Source: Polaromonas sp. (GTDB lineage: Bacteria; Pseudomonadota; Gammaproteobacteria; Burkholderiales; Burkholderiaceae_C). From it: DNA of 64,000 nucleotides. Below are positions 1-9,997 of this stretch, piece after piece. A model generated the notes under the pieces. The model worked only from the letters and a program-made list of their open reading frames with translations, ran no database searches and had not been told where the DNA came from. Each line of letters opens with the position of its first letter. The stretch's first letter is position 1. Both the position numbers and the translations under genes were made by a program. The stretch lies in contig JAYUHM010000234.1 of NCBI GenBank assembly GCA_043766985.1, forward strand, positions 2,494 to 66,493, written 5' to 3'.

Positions 1-89
1 TCAAATGCGGAAGTAAAATTGCGTCGTTGGCAATAGATTTAATCGTTTTAATGATTCAATTAAAAAGAATATCTGAGTAGTTGTAGACT

Positions 90-1415
90 TTGTCCATGGA
101 CATTTCTGCTTCTCTCATCTTGGGCATACTCAACACGCTGCTGCTGGTGTGGCTTTTAATTGGTCATTTCCTGCTCAAGAGCAATAAAAACACGCGGGAG
201 CAGCTACTTAAAGAAGAGCAAAACTCACGCCATACAGACATCAAAACCACGCTGCAGACCACCAACGAGCGGTTGGAGCGGGAGCTGCGGCGGGAGATTA
301 CGGAGTCGGCGCGGGGGGACAGGACGGAGCAGGCGCAGTCGTTGACTGCCATTCAAACGCATTTGACGCAGAGCCTGGCGGGCTTTCAGGGCAACTTGAC
401 GCAGCAGCTGCAGCAGATAACGGACGGCAATGCGCTGCGCATGCGCGAGGTGCGGGACACGCTGGATGTGCAACTGGCGCAGCTGCAAAAGACGAATGCC
501 GCCAAGCTGGACGAGATGCGCCAGACGGTGGATGAAAAGCTGCAGTCCACCCTGCAAACCCGCTTGGGCGAGAGTTTTAAGCAGGTGGCTGACAGGCTGG
601 AGCAAGTGCACAAGGGCCTGGGCGAGATGCAGACGCTGGCGCAGGGGGTGGGCGACTTGAAGCACCTGCTGACCAATGTGAAAACGCGCGGTATTTTTGG
701 CGAGGCGCAGCTGGGCGCGCTGCTGGAGCAGATATTCTCTAGCGAGCAATACAGCGCGCAAATAGCCACCATTCCCGGCAGCAAAAACGTGGTGGACTAC
801 GCCGTGCGCCTGCCCGGCAAGAGCGATGACGGCGTGCCGCTGTGGCTGCCGATTGACGCGAAATTTCCTAACGAAGACTACGAGCGCCTGCTGGACGCGC
901 AGGAGCGCGCCGACGTGCTGGGCGTAGAGGTGGCGGCCAAGGCGCTGGAGCAGCGCATTCGACTGGAAGCCAAGTCGATGGCCGAAAAGTATGTGCAGCC
1001 GCCGTACACCACCGACTTTGCGATTTTGTTTCTGCCTTCGGAGGGTCTGTACGCGGAGGTGCTGCGCCGCCCCGGTCTGATGGATGCGCTGCAACGCGAC
1101 TACCGCGTGACGCTGGCCGGGCCTACCACGCTGCTGGCCATGCTCAACTCGCTGCAAATGGGCTTTAGAACGCTGGCGCTAGAGCAGCGTAGCAGCGAGG
1201 TATGGCAAGTACTGGGTGCGGTAAAAACCGAGTTTGGCAAGTTTGGTGACGTGCTCACCCGCATCCGCGCGCAAACGCAAACCGTGCTGACAACGCTGGA
1301 CCAAGCGCAAACACGTACCAATGTGATGAACCGCGCGCTGAAAAAAGTAGAGGCGCTGCCAGAGACGGAAACCCAGGCCCTGCTGCCCTTGGACAAAGAG
1401 CCCGACGAAGGCTAG
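90..1415 (+). CDS. rmuC: DNA recombination protein RmuC
   Basis: 441-aa ORF with an N-terminal TM helix, a long Gln/Leu/Arg-rich coiled coil and a conserved RmuC C-terminal region (FAILFLPSEGLYAE, LAGPTTLLAMLNSLQMGF). Confidence 0.85.
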   Translation: MSMDISASLILGILNTLLLVWLLIGHFLLKSNKNTREQLLKEEQNSRHTDIKTTLQTTNERLERELRREITESARGDRTEQAQSLTAIQTHLTQSLAGFQGNLTQQLQQITDGNALRMREVRDTLDVQLAQLQKTNAAKLDEMRQTVDEKLQSTLQTRLGESFKQVADRLEQVHKGLGEMQTLAQGVGDLKHLLTNVKTRGIFGEAQLGALLEQIFSSEQYSAQIATIPGSKNVVDYAVRLPGKSDDGVPLWLPIDAKFPNEDYERLLDAQERADVLGVEVAAKALEQRIRLEAKSMAEKYVQPPYTTDFAILFLPSEGLYAEVLRRPGLMDALQRDYRVTLAGPTTLLAMLNSLQMGFRTLALEQRSSEVWQVLGAVKTEFGKFGDVLTRIRAQTQTVLTTLDQAQTRTNVMNRALKKVEALPETETQALLPLDKEPDEG

Positions 1416-1420
1416 GGCGC

Positions 1421-2569
1421 TTGAACAACTCCCTGTCCCGCCACCTGCTGCGCCTGATCATCGGGCACGTGTGCTTGCATGGCGCGATGGCGGGTATGCG
1501 CATGGCGGCGCCGCTCTGGGCGCTTAAAGAGGGTTTTAGCGCGGCCGCAGTAGGCGTGCTGTTGGCATTGTTCGCGTTGATGCAGGTGTTTTTGGCATTA
1601 CCGGCTGGACGTTATGCCGACGCGAATGGCCTTAAAAAACCGGTAGGTTTTGCCATTGTCATGGCCAGCTCGGGTGCCCTGTTGGCCACGGTTTTCCCGC
1701 ACTTCGCAACCCTGTGCATTGCGGCATTATGCGTAGGTGGGGCCACAGGCATTGCCTCTATCGCGCTGCAGCGCCACGTGGGTCGCGCAGCCGAGAACCC
1801 ATTGCAACTCAAACAGGTGTTCAGCTGGCTGTCCATAGGCCCCGCCGCATCCAATTTTTTGGGGCCTTTTTCAGCCGGTTTGTTAATTGACTTTGCAGGC
1901 TTTCGCGCCGCATTTTTCATGATGGCGCTACTGCCCTTGGTCACCTGGTTTTGGATTCGCAAAACCACAGAGCTGCCGCCCGTTGAGGTAAAAAAAGAAG
2001 CCCGAAAAGAATTCTGGGACTTATTGCGTGAGCCGCTCATGCGCCGCCTGATGCTGGTCAACTGGCTGCTGTCGTCTTGCTGGGATGTGCACACCTTTGT
2101 GGTGCCCATTTTGGGCCACGAGCGCGGCTATAGCGCCAGCGTGATTGGCACCATTTTGGGTGCCTTTGCCATCGCCGCCGCTGCCGTGCGCCTGCTATTG
2201 CCAATTTTGGCGCACAGCCTGCGCGAATGGGCCGTCATTACAGTTGCCATGGTGCTTACCGCTCTGTTGTTTGCCGTATACCCGTTGATGCCCACCGCAT
2301 TGTCGATGGGTGTGTGTTCGGTGTTTTTAGGCTTTACGCTGGGCTGCGTGCAACCCATGATCATGAGCACCTTGCACCAAATCACCCCCGAAGACCGCCA
2401 CGGCGAAGCGCTAGGCCTGCGTTTGATGGCCATTAACGGCTCTAGCGTGCTGATGCCCATGCTGTTTGGCTTGGCTGGCGCCGTGGTGGGCGTAGCAGGG
2501 CTGTTTTGGGTCACCGGCGCTTGCGTAGGGGCCGGGTCTTGGGTAGCAGCCAAGCTCAAGCTGGGCTAG
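1421..2569 (+). CDS. MFS transporter
   Basis: 382-aa polytopic membrane ORF with an MFS-like TM2-TM3 loop (LPAGRYADANGLKKP). TTG start 5 nt after the rmuC stop; the exact start is uncertain. Confidence 0.75.
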   Translation: MNNSLSRHLLRLIIGHVCLHGAMAGMRMAAPLWALKEGFSAAAVGVLLALFALMQVFLALPAGRYADANGLKKPVGFAIVMASSGALLATVFPHFATLCIAALCVGGATGIASIALQRHVGRAAENPLQLKQVFSWLSIGPAASNFLGPFSAGLLIDFAGFRAAFFMMALLPLVTWFWIRKTTELPPVEVKKEARKEFWDLLREPLMRRLMLVNWLLSSCWDVHTFVVPILGHERGYSASVIGTILGAFAIAAAAVRLLLPILAHSLREWAVITVAMVLTALLFAVYPLMPTALSMGVCSVFLGFTLGCVQPMIMSTLHQITPEDRHGEALGLRLMAINGSSVLMPMLFGLAGAVVGVAGLFWVTGACVGAGSWVAAKLKLG

Positions 2570-2700
2570 ATTGTTTTTAGTTTGAGTGGCCGTGTTGCTT
2601 CTAGCGAATCGAAGCCGCACTGGTTGGGGTCAGCGCTTTGTAGATCGCATCGAGGCAATCGATAAAATTGTCTGTTGCGCTCCCTCGGGATTTCCCTTGG

Positions 2701-2728
2701 TTGACAAGTATTACTCGCGCCTTATAAT
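2701..2728 (+). promoter_or_regulatory. Sigma-70-type promoter of the ABC/GH1 operon
   Basis: Consensus -35 TTGACA (2701-2706), 16-nt spacer, consensus -10 TATAAT (2723-2728). The LacI-type palindrome follows 4 nt downstream. Confidence 0.6.
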
Positions 2729-2732
2729 TCAA

Positions 2733-2746
2733 TGAAAGCGCTTTCA
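2733..2746. promoter_or_regulatory. LacI-family operator, perfect palindrome TGAAAGCGCTTTCA (site 1)
   Basis: Exact 14-bp palindrome with a central CG. It lies just downstream of the -10 box and about 77 nt upstream of the binding-protein gene. Confidence 0.7.
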
Positions 2747-2822
2747 AGAACCAATATGCCGATATACCAGCTCTATTTAGAGACGATGACGAACTCATTC
2801 GGTGATTTAACTGGAGAAATCG

Positions 2823-4094
2823 GTGCGATTTAAAAATCAGGCGATTTGCAAATGGCTTTCATTTGTCGCTCTGAGCTTGGTATCTGCGCTGACTATCAGC
2901 GCTCATGCGCAGCAGACACTTATCGTTGCCGCATTTCCAGCAGTAGATGAGATCGTTCGCTCGGCCATTCCACTATGGAAGCAATTGCACCCTGGCGTCG
3001 ATATCAAGGTCGTCAGTCGACAGTTCAACGACCACCATACAGCCATGACGACGGCATTATCGACATCTTTCTACCTGCCTGACGTCATGGCACTTGAAGT
3101 AGGCTACGTAGGCAGGTTTGCCCAAGGCGGTGGGCTGGAAGATTTGGCGCGTGAGCCTTACAACATTAAACGATTTCAGAGTCGTTATGTGCCTTACGCA
3201 TTTCAACAGGCAACTAATCGGAAGGGCGCTGTCGTAGCCGCGCCCGCGGACATTGGTCCAGGTACGCTGCTATACCGGATTGACATACTGAACAAGGCAG
3301 GCGTCAGCCCAGCCGAGCTAACACTATCATGGGACAGTTACGTCGAAACCGGCGCCAAGATCAAGCTGGCCACTGGCGCCTATTTAATGGCGCATGCGCG
3401 CGACATGAAGGACATCGTTATCCGCGCTGGTATCCAGCCCGGCGAGGGACTTTATTTCGACGGCCAATCCAAAGTGCTGGTCACATCGCCACGCTTCGTG
3501 CGTGCATTTGAACTGGCGCGCCGGGTACGACAGCAAAAACTGGATGCCAAAGTCGGTGCTTGGTCAAACGAGTGGTCCGAGGGTTTCAAGCGGGGCACGA
3601 TTGCCACGCAAATGACAGGGGCTTGGCTCGCCGGCCATTTGAACAACTGGCTTGCACCTGCCACAAAGGGCTTGTGGCGTGCCACGCAACTCCCTGAAGG
3701 TGCTTTTGCAGCCTATGGAGGGACGTTTTTCGCCATCCCCCGTAGCGCGCCTTCAGCGCACAGGACGCTAGCTTGGGAGTTTATTCAGATGATGACGCTT
3801 AACCGCGAAGTTCAGCTTAGCGCTTTCAAGTCGCAGGATGCTTTCCCTGCACTGCTCGAAACATACGATGACAGTTTTTTTGAACAACCCATTGATTTTT
3901 TGGGTGGCCAAAAGGCGCGGACTGGTTGGCGTAAGGCAGTCAGCGGCATCTCAGCTGTGAGCGTGCACAAGCAGGATGCGTTTGCTGACGAGGTGATCAA
4001 CACCGAGCTGGATAAAGTACTCGACCGTGGCAAGGACATTCCTACCGCATTAGCCGACGCGCAGCGCTTACTAGAGCAGCGCGCGCACCGCTAG
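2823..4094 (+). CDS. Carbohydrate ABC transporter substrate-binding protein (family 1 extracellular solute-binding protein)
   Basis: 423-aa ORF with a signal peptide (LSLVSALTISAHAQQ), a GTG start preceded by GGAG, and two permease genes immediately downstream. Confidence 0.8.
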   Translation: MRFKNQAICKWLSFVALSLVSALTISAHAQQTLIVAAFPAVDEIVRSAIPLWKQLHPGVDIKVVSRQFNDHHTAMTTALSTSFYLPDVMALEVGYVGRFAQGGGLEDLAREPYNIKRFQSRYVPYAFQQATNRKGAVVAAPADIGPGTLLYRIDILNKAGVSPAELTLSWDSYVETGAKIKLATGAYLMAHARDMKDIVIRAGIQPGEGLYFDGQSKVLVTSPRFVRAFELARRVRQQKLDAKVGAWSNEWSEGFKRGTIATQMTGAWLAGHLNNWLAPATKGLWRATQLPEGAFAAYGGTFFAIPRSAPSAHRTLAWEFIQMMTLNREVQLSAFKSQDAFPALLETYDDSFFEQPIDFLGGQKARTGWRKAVSGISAVSVHKQDAFADEVINTELDKVLDRGKDIPTALADAQRLLEQRAHR

Positions 4095-4145
4095 CGCATA
4101 GTACCAACGTCTATTCTGCTAAAAGCGTTACCGCACAACAATGCC

Positions 4146-5081
4146 ATGAAGCTACCTTCTGTATTTCGTTTATCTCCCCGGTGGGCGCCTTACGTTTTTC
4201 TTTCTCCTTTTTTAGTCCTGTTTGCAGTGTTTGGCGTATTCCCGCTGTTGTTTTCGCTGTATCTGGCCTTCCAGTCGTGGGAACCGACAAGCGGGCTTGG
4301 TGAGATGAGTTTTGTCGGACTGGATAATTACGCTTTCGCATTGAAAGACGAATGGTTTTGGAAGTCGCTTGGAAATACCGGTTGGCTTGCCCTGACTTCT
4401 GGCTTGCCTCAGCACTTGGTCGCCATTCCGTTGGCATGCTTCATTCATGTGTCGTTCAAACGGTTGCGTAATGGTGTAGTTGGGATTTACTTTATGCCGT
4501 ACATAACCTCAACTGTTGCAATTTCAATTCTTTTTAGCTCGCTGTTTTCTACTGACTTTGGATTGATCAATGCAGGTATAAATGCATTGGCTCAGCTCCC
4601 TGGCATAGGTTGGATTTTTCCGCACGGTCCTGTGGACTGGCTCAACGAGCCTGGCAATATCAAACCGGCTATATCGATAATAGTATTTTGGCGCTATGTT
4701 GGATTTAACGTTGTGCTGTATTTGGCTGCCTTGCAGACCATACCAAACGACATCTATGAGGCCGCCACCATGGATGGGGCTGGCCAGTTTCAGCAGTTTT
4801 GGTACATCACGCTACCAAGTCTAAAACCAATGATTTTCTTTGGCGTGACTCTTAGTGTGATCGGAGGATTGCAGTTATTCGAAGAGCCATTCATCTTGAC
4901 AGGTGGGCGCGGGGGCACCGATCAAGCTGGAATGACAACGGCCATTTATCTTTACCGAACGGCTTTCGACTTCAATGATTTTGGCGCGGCCAGCGCCATG
5001 TCCTGGTTACTATTCATCGTAGTGGCGTTGTTGACTTGGTTGACAAATTTAGCGTTTGCGCCGCGTGGTTCGTCGACCTGA
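4146..5081 (+). CDS. Carbohydrate ABC transporter permease (MalF/UgpA-like)
   Basis: 311-aa polytopic ORF with the EAA-type loop (YEAATMDGAGQFQQFWYITLPSLKP). Confidence 0.85.
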   Translation: MKLPSVFRLSPRWAPYVFLSPFLVLFAVFGVFPLLFSLYLAFQSWEPTSGLGEMSFVGLDNYAFALKDEWFWKSLGNTGWLALTSGLPQHLVAIPLACFIHVSFKRLRNGVVGIYFMPYITSTVAISILFSSLFSTDFGLINAGINALAQLPGIGWIFPHGPVDWLNEPGNIKPAISIIVFWRYVGFNVVLYLAALQTIPNDIYEAATMDGAGQFQQFWYITLPSLKPMIFFGVTLSVIGGLQLFEEPFILTGGRGGTDQAGMTTAIYLYRTAFDFNDFGAASAMSWLLFIVVALLTWLTNLAFAPRGSST

Positions 5082-5098
5082 ATCGAAGAGTTTTGACC

Positions 5099-5929
5099 AT
5101 GACACTACCTACTAATCGCTTAGCTCCTTGGGCGGCTTACTGTGTTGTAGGCGTTGGCGCGCTCATCATGTTGTTACCGTTCTATTTCATGTTTGTGTTT
5201 GCCACGCATTCGCGCACTGAGATATTCAGTCTGCCGCCGCCACTCTTTTTTGGCGACAACCTCGCGGAGAACTTGAAGATACTGACTGATCGGATGCCGT
5301 TCTGGCGCAACCTAGGCTGGAGCCTGTATGTTGCTATCGCTTCTACCGCATTGACATTGTTGTTTTGTTCCTTGGGCGGTTACGCCTTCGCGCTATTTGA
5401 GTTTCGGCACAAAAACGCGCTTTTTGGGCTGGTAATGGGAACCATGCTTTTACCCTCTTTTATGAACATGATCCCGACATTCATGATCATGGATTTACTG
5501 GGCTGGATCGATCAGCCACGCGCACTTTACATACCGGGTGCGGCAAGCGCATTTGGCATTTTTTTAATGCGGCAGTTCATCAGCTCATCCATCCCCAAGG
5601 ATTTGATTGAAGCGGCGCGGATGGACGGTTGTGGCGAGCTGGGAATCTTCTGGAGAATCGTACTTCCCTTGTTGAAGCCTGCGCTGGGCACCCTCGGATT
5701 GATCACATTCATCGCCTCGTGGAACAACTTTATTGGCCCTTTGGTTGTGATGCGTTCGCCTGAAATGTATACGCTACCACTTGCACTGCGCAGCCTGCAA
5801 AGTCCTGTGAATACCGAGTGGGGCGCGCTTATGACGGGCTCAGCCATCGCAACACTGCCTTTGATAGTGCTTTTCATTCTTTCGTCGCGCCAGTTGATTT
5901 CTGGTTTAACGACCGGAGCAGTGAAGTAA
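5099..5929 (+). CDS. Carbohydrate ABC transporter permease (MalG/UgpE-like)
   Basis: EAA loop (IEAARMDGCGELGIFWRIVLPLLKP). The ATG at 5099 (MTLPTNRL...) is preferred over the 5036 track start, which overlaps the upstream gene. Confidence 0.85.
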   Translation: MTLPTNRLAPWAAYCVVGVGALIMLLPFYFMFVFATHSRTEIFSLPPPLFFGDNLAENLKILTDRMPFWRNLGWSLYVAIASTALTLLFCSLGGYAFALFEFRHKNALFGLVMGTMLLPSFMNMIPTFMIMDLLGWIDQPRALYIPGAASAFGIFLMRQFISSSIPKDLIEAARMDGCGELGIFWRIVLPLLKPALGTLGLITFIASWNNFIGPLVVMRSPEMYTLPLALRSLQSPVNTEWGALMTGSAIATLPLIVLFILSSRQLISGLTTGAVK

Positions 5930-6009
5930 ATTTCCCATTCCCTTCTTTGACGCGCCTTGGCTGGTAGCGGTGCCATCGAATGCTGTAATTACTTAAAACA
6001 CCAACCCTT

Positions 6010-7419
6010 ATGACATCAATTGAACCTACTGTGCTGATCACGGACTTTCCTGCGGACTTTGTGTGGGGTGTGGCGACAAGTTCATTCCAAATTGAAGGAG
6101 CCGCCTCCAAGGACGGCAAAGGGCCATCGATCTGGGACAGCTTTTGCCGCATACCTGGTGCAGTTGCAGATAACAGCCACGGCGACGTGGCTTGCGACCA
6201 CTATCACCGGCTGTCGGAAGACCTTGACCTAATCGCCGGGCTAGGTGTCAATGCCTACCGTTTTTCGGTCTCGTGGCCACGCGTGCGCCCCACGGGTGAC
6301 GGTCCTTGGAATGAAGCGGGACTGGCTTTTTACGAGCGACTGGTTGATGGACTGATTAGCCGAGGTATCAAGCCACACGTCACTCTAAATCATTGGGATC
6401 TGCCAGATGAGCTTCAAGCTTTTGGGGGCTGGGACAACCGCAAAACCGTCGATCTTTTTGTGGAGTACGCCGTTGGTATGGCGAAGACATTGGGTGATCG
6501 GGTAGCGGCCATTACCACTCATAACGAACCTTGGGTCATGTCCGTTCTGGGCCATGAGACCGGAATTTTTGCGCCTGGAGTAAAAAATCGGTCTATCGCC
6601 ATGCAGGTTTCGCACCACCTAATGCTCAGCCACGGTTTGGCGTTGCAAGCCATGCGTGCGCAGGGTTGTAAGGCCAAGCTTGGCATAGTGCTCAATCTCG
6701 CGCCGATGCACCCTGCCACAGATACACCTGATGACTTGGCCAAGGCGCACTTGGAAGACGGAAGATTGCTACGCTGGTATATGGATCCTCTATTCAAGGG
6801 TAGTTACCCCCAGGATGTGATTGAGTACCTGGGAGCTGATGCCCCCAACGTCATGCCAGGAGACTTGCTGGCGATTTCCACCCCTATGGATTTTTTGGGG
6901 ATAAATTACTACTCACGGTCGGTTGTAAGTGCCCGCGGTCCATGGGACGTGAGCAGCAGCGGAAGAAAAATCACAGACATGGGTTGGGAGATATACCCTG
7001 AGGGACTAACGGAACTGCTATTGCGTCTGCATCACGACTACCCGGTGCCACCACTGTATGTGACCGAAAACGGTGGTGCCTTCAAGGATAGTGTTGTTGA
7101 TGGATGCATACACGATGCGCAGCGGACCGACTTTCTCGCCAGCCATATTGCTGCCGTCGCTGAGGCAATGCGCCAAGGGGTGCAAATGGAAGGTTATATG
7201 GTGTGGAGTCTGCTTGACAACTTTGAATGGGCCTCTGGCTATGAGAAGCGCTTTGGCATCGTGCATGTCGATTACAAAACTCAAAAGCGCACACTCAAAG
7301 ACAGCGCGCTGTGGTACAGGAGTTTCCTAGCAGGAAAAAACATTCTGCCGGCACATCATGCGGCGTTCGAGACGCAGGCGGCTGGTGAGAAAAATGAACT
7401 GCCAGTGAAGGAGGCTTAA
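6010..7419 (+). CDS. GH1 beta-glucosidase
   Basis: 469-aa ORF with the GH1 catalytic motifs TTHNEPWV (acid/base) and YVTENGGAF (nucleophile). No signal peptide. Confidence 0.9.
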   Translation: MTSIEPTVLITDFPADFVWGVATSSFQIEGAASKDGKGPSIWDSFCRIPGAVADNSHGDVACDHYHRLSEDLDLIAGLGVNAYRFSVSWPRVRPTGDGPWNEAGLAFYERLVDGLISRGIKPHVTLNHWDLPDELQAFGGWDNRKTVDLFVEYAVGMAKTLGDRVAAITTHNEPWVMSVLGHETGIFAPGVKNRSIAMQVSHHLMLSHGLALQAMRAQGCKAKLGIVLNLAPMHPATDTPDDLAKAHLEDGRLLRWYMDPLFKGSYPQDVIEYLGADAPNVMPGDLLAISTPMDFLGINYYSRSVVSARGPWDVSSSGRKITDMGWEIYPEGLTELLLRLHHDYPVPPLYVTENGGAFKDSVVDGCIHDAQRTDFLASHIAAVAEAMRQGVQMEGYMVWSLLDNFEWASGYEKRFGIVHVDYKTQKRTLKDSALWYRSFLAGKNILPAHHAAFETQAAGEKNELPVKEA

Positions 7420-7420
7420 C

Positions 7421-8482
7421 ATGGGACAGGTTTCACTACGAGGGGTCCGCAAAAGCTACAGCGCGGTAGACGTCATCAAAGGGGTTGATCTAGATGTAGC
7501 TGACGGTGAGTTCATGGTGTTTGTTGGGCCATCTGGCTGCGGCAAATCGACCATGCTGCGCATGATTGCAGGGCTGGAGAGTGTTACTGATGGCGACTTA
7601 CTGATTGATGGAGTGCGCGCCAACGATCTGCGCCCAGCAGATAGAGGCGCGGCAATGGTCTTTCAGAGCTACGCTCTGTATCCGCACATGACGGTAGAAG
7701 AAAATATGGGATTCGCACTGAAAATGGCTGGCGTGCAGCGCTCGCTGCGTGATGAACGGGTCAGACATGCGGCAGACATTCTGAAAATCACCGAACTGCT
7801 CGCACGCTACCCCAAGGAACTGTCGGGGGGACAGCGACAGCGCGTGGCTATAGGCCGCTCCATTGTCAGAAAACCTAAAGTATTTTTGTTTGATGAACCT
7901 TTGTCGAACCTGGATGCGGCATTGCGTGTCAACATGCGTATTGAATTATCGAGACTGCATAAAGAACTCGGTACAACCATGATTTACGTGACGCATGATC
8001 AGGTTGAAGCGATGACTCTGGGCAACCGGATCGCAGTATTTAACAAGGGAATTATTGAACAGTTGGGGCCCCCAATGGCGCTGTACAACCGTCCTGCAAA
8101 TGAGTTTGTAGCCAGCTTTATTGGTGCGCCACGCATCAACCTTATTGCCCGCCCCTCGCCGACGGGTGCAGCGGTACAGCATAAAGCGCTATGGGATGCA
8201 CTTGCCAGCCACCTGCCAGACGGTGCTGCACGTGTTGGCCTGCGTTCCGAAAACTTGCGCGTAGCACCTGCTGGAACGGGCATTGCTGCCAGTGTTGTAA
8301 TGGCTGAACATCTGGGCGACTCGTCAATTATCCATCTGCGTGTGGAGGGGATTACAGATCTTCTTTGTGCAAAGGTGGGAGCCGAACACCACATGATTGA
8401 AGCGGGGGATCAAATTGGCCTGGCTCCAGACGTTGCTTGGGCGCTGGCTTTCAGTGATGACGGTCAGTTAATGGCGAAATAA
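7421..8482 (+). CDS. Sugar ABC transporter ATP-binding protein (MalK/UgpC-like)
   Basis: Walker [10 protein letters not shown], signature LSGGQRQR, Walker B VFLFDEP, plus a C-terminal regulatory domain. The start is 1 nt after the GH1 stop. Confidence 0.9.
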   Translation: MGQVSLRGVRKSYSAVDVIKGVDLDVADGEFMVFVGPSGCGKSTMLRMIAGLESVTDGDLLIDGVRANDLRPADRGAAMVFQSYALYPHMTVEENMGFALKMAGVQRSLRDERVRHAADILKITELLARYPKELSGGQRQRVAIGRSIVRKPKVFLFDEPLSNLDAALRVNMRIELSRLHKELGTTMIYVTHDQVEAMTLGNRIAVFNKGIIEQLGPPMALYNRPANEFVASFIGAPRINLIARPSPTGAAVQHKALWDALASHLPDGAARVGLRSENLRVAPAGTGIAASVVMAEHLGDSSIIHLRVEGITDLLCAKVGAEHHMIEAGDQIGLAPDVAWALAFSDDGQLMAK

Positions 8483-8587
8483 AACAGAATTTGGACCTCT
8501 GCGCGGCAACGCATCATGGGGAAGTTTGGCAGGAGTAAAAGCTGCTAGAAAAACTGTATTTAGCTGACAAGAAAATATGCCGATAAC

Positions 8588-9937
8588 TCAACGCAGAAGC
8601 AGTGAAGAGTCTACAAAATAGGTGGCAATTGATCGCGGTGGAAGTTCAGCGACAGTGTTATAGCCTGTTGTATGCAGGTTGAATCGAATAGCTTTTTCGG
8701 TACGATTCATAACAACTATCACGGTCGAGTAGTCTGGATTGACAAAAGCAGTGGTTTCCAAATTTTGGGACGAAGCAGCGCAGAGTATGCGTTGCGCGCC
8801 TGGCTTGATGAATCGTGAAAAATGACCGATGTAGTAGAACGAACTCTGGTACAAGAGAGCATTATTTGCAGAATCAATCAATATCGGCGCACTGCAAAGA
8901 TTGCCGACATGATTGGGGCCGCCCCGTTCGTCGAGTACCAAATTCCAATCTATCCATCCCACCGTCCAGCGATTGAGATCGTTAATCATTGAGCATGCGT
9001 ACCGTTCACCCAGCTCCCACGATCCAGTGTGAGGCCCACCCTCCTGACAGCCTTCGGTAAATAGCAGTTGTTTGTCAGGCCAGGCATCGTGCACAAGTTG
9101 TACATGATCAAAATGGTTTTCACCGTACCAATGAAAACCCGTACCCCACACGTACTTTGAGGCGTCAGGGTCAGAGTAGACCACACTGGCACGTTCAACC
9201 ATCAGGTCGCGGTTATGGTCCCAAATGATGATACGTACATGACCCAAACCCGCTAACTCTAATTCTGGACCAAGAAAATCACGCACAAAATCACGCTCCT
9301 CCTCGGCGCTGTAGATACACGAATCCCAGGTTTGGGTGGCCAAAGGTTCATTTTGTACCGACACCCCCCACACGGGTACACCTTCGCTTTCGTAGGCGCG
9401 TATAAAGCGCACATAGCAGCGCGCCCATGATTGCCGGAACTCTGGCCGCAAGCTCCCGCCATGGTTCATTTGATGGTTGGTCTTCATCCAGGCGGGCGGG
9501 CTCCAGGGGGATACCAGCAGCTGAATAGACTCCCCCGCCACAGCTTGTGCTGCCTTGATAAAAGGCAGTAGAGCTTGCCCGTCGCGTTCAATCGTAAAAC
9601 TATCCAGAGCCGTGTCGCCCGGCAACTCAACATGTGCGTAATTTCCCAAGGCAAAATCGCAGCTATTCATATGCACTCGGCAAAGCCTGTAACCATGCCC
9701 CGCTTGCGTGGAGAAATAGTCCAGCAAAACCTGTTGCTGGAGATCAGTACTTAGCTTTTGCCAAGTCACCGCAGCAGCTTCGGTAAAAGCCGCGCCAAAG
9801 CCCTGAAGGCATTGAAACTGCCGGCTTGAGTCAAACCATACTGATGGCAGTGTGCTTTGCGCTGAGCACCTTTCAAGCGGTGCTTGAGCCGAAAGCCGTG
9901 CGTTAGTGCCCCGGGCTGTAAGAATGTGCCTGATCAT
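8588..9937 (-). CDS. GH30 glycoside hydrolase (glucosylceramidase-like beta-glucosidase)
   Basis: 449-aa ORF with the GH30 hallmarks FGAAFTEAAA, SPWSPPAWMKTN and WGVSVQNEP. No signal peptide. Confidence 0.8.
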   Translation of the reverse strand: MIRHILTARGTNARLSAQAPLERCSAQSTLPSVWFDSSRQFQCLQGFGAAFTEAAAVTWQKLSTDLQQQVLLDYFSTQAGHGYRLCRVHMNSCDFALGNYAHVELPGDTALDSFTIERDGQALLPFIKAAQAVAGESIQLLVSPWSPPAWMKTNHQMNHGGSLRPEFRQSWARCYVRFIRAYESEGVPVWGVSVQNEPLATQTWDSCIYSAEEERDFVRDFLGPELELAGLGHVRIIIWDHNRDLMVERASVVYSDPDASKYVWGTGFHWYGENHFDHVQLVHDAWPDKQLLFTEGCQEGGPHTGSWELGERYACSMINDLNRWTVGWIDWNLVLDERGGPNHVGNLCSAPILIDSANNALLYQSSFYYIGHFSRFIKPGAQRILCAASSQNLETTAFVNPDYSTVIVVMNRTEKAIRFNLHTTGYNTVAELPPRSIATYFVDSSLLLR

Positions 9938-9997
9938 GACACTTTTTACAAATGAAATAGTGTAGAAATGTCAAGAACTCCTGCGCCATATAAGTAC

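Noticed and set aside
225-1157. 310-aa ORF antisense to rmuC
   Set aside because: It is Arg/Gln/His/Leu-rich low-complexity sequence lying entirely inside a well-supported gene on the other strand. This is a typical GC-rich shadow ORF.
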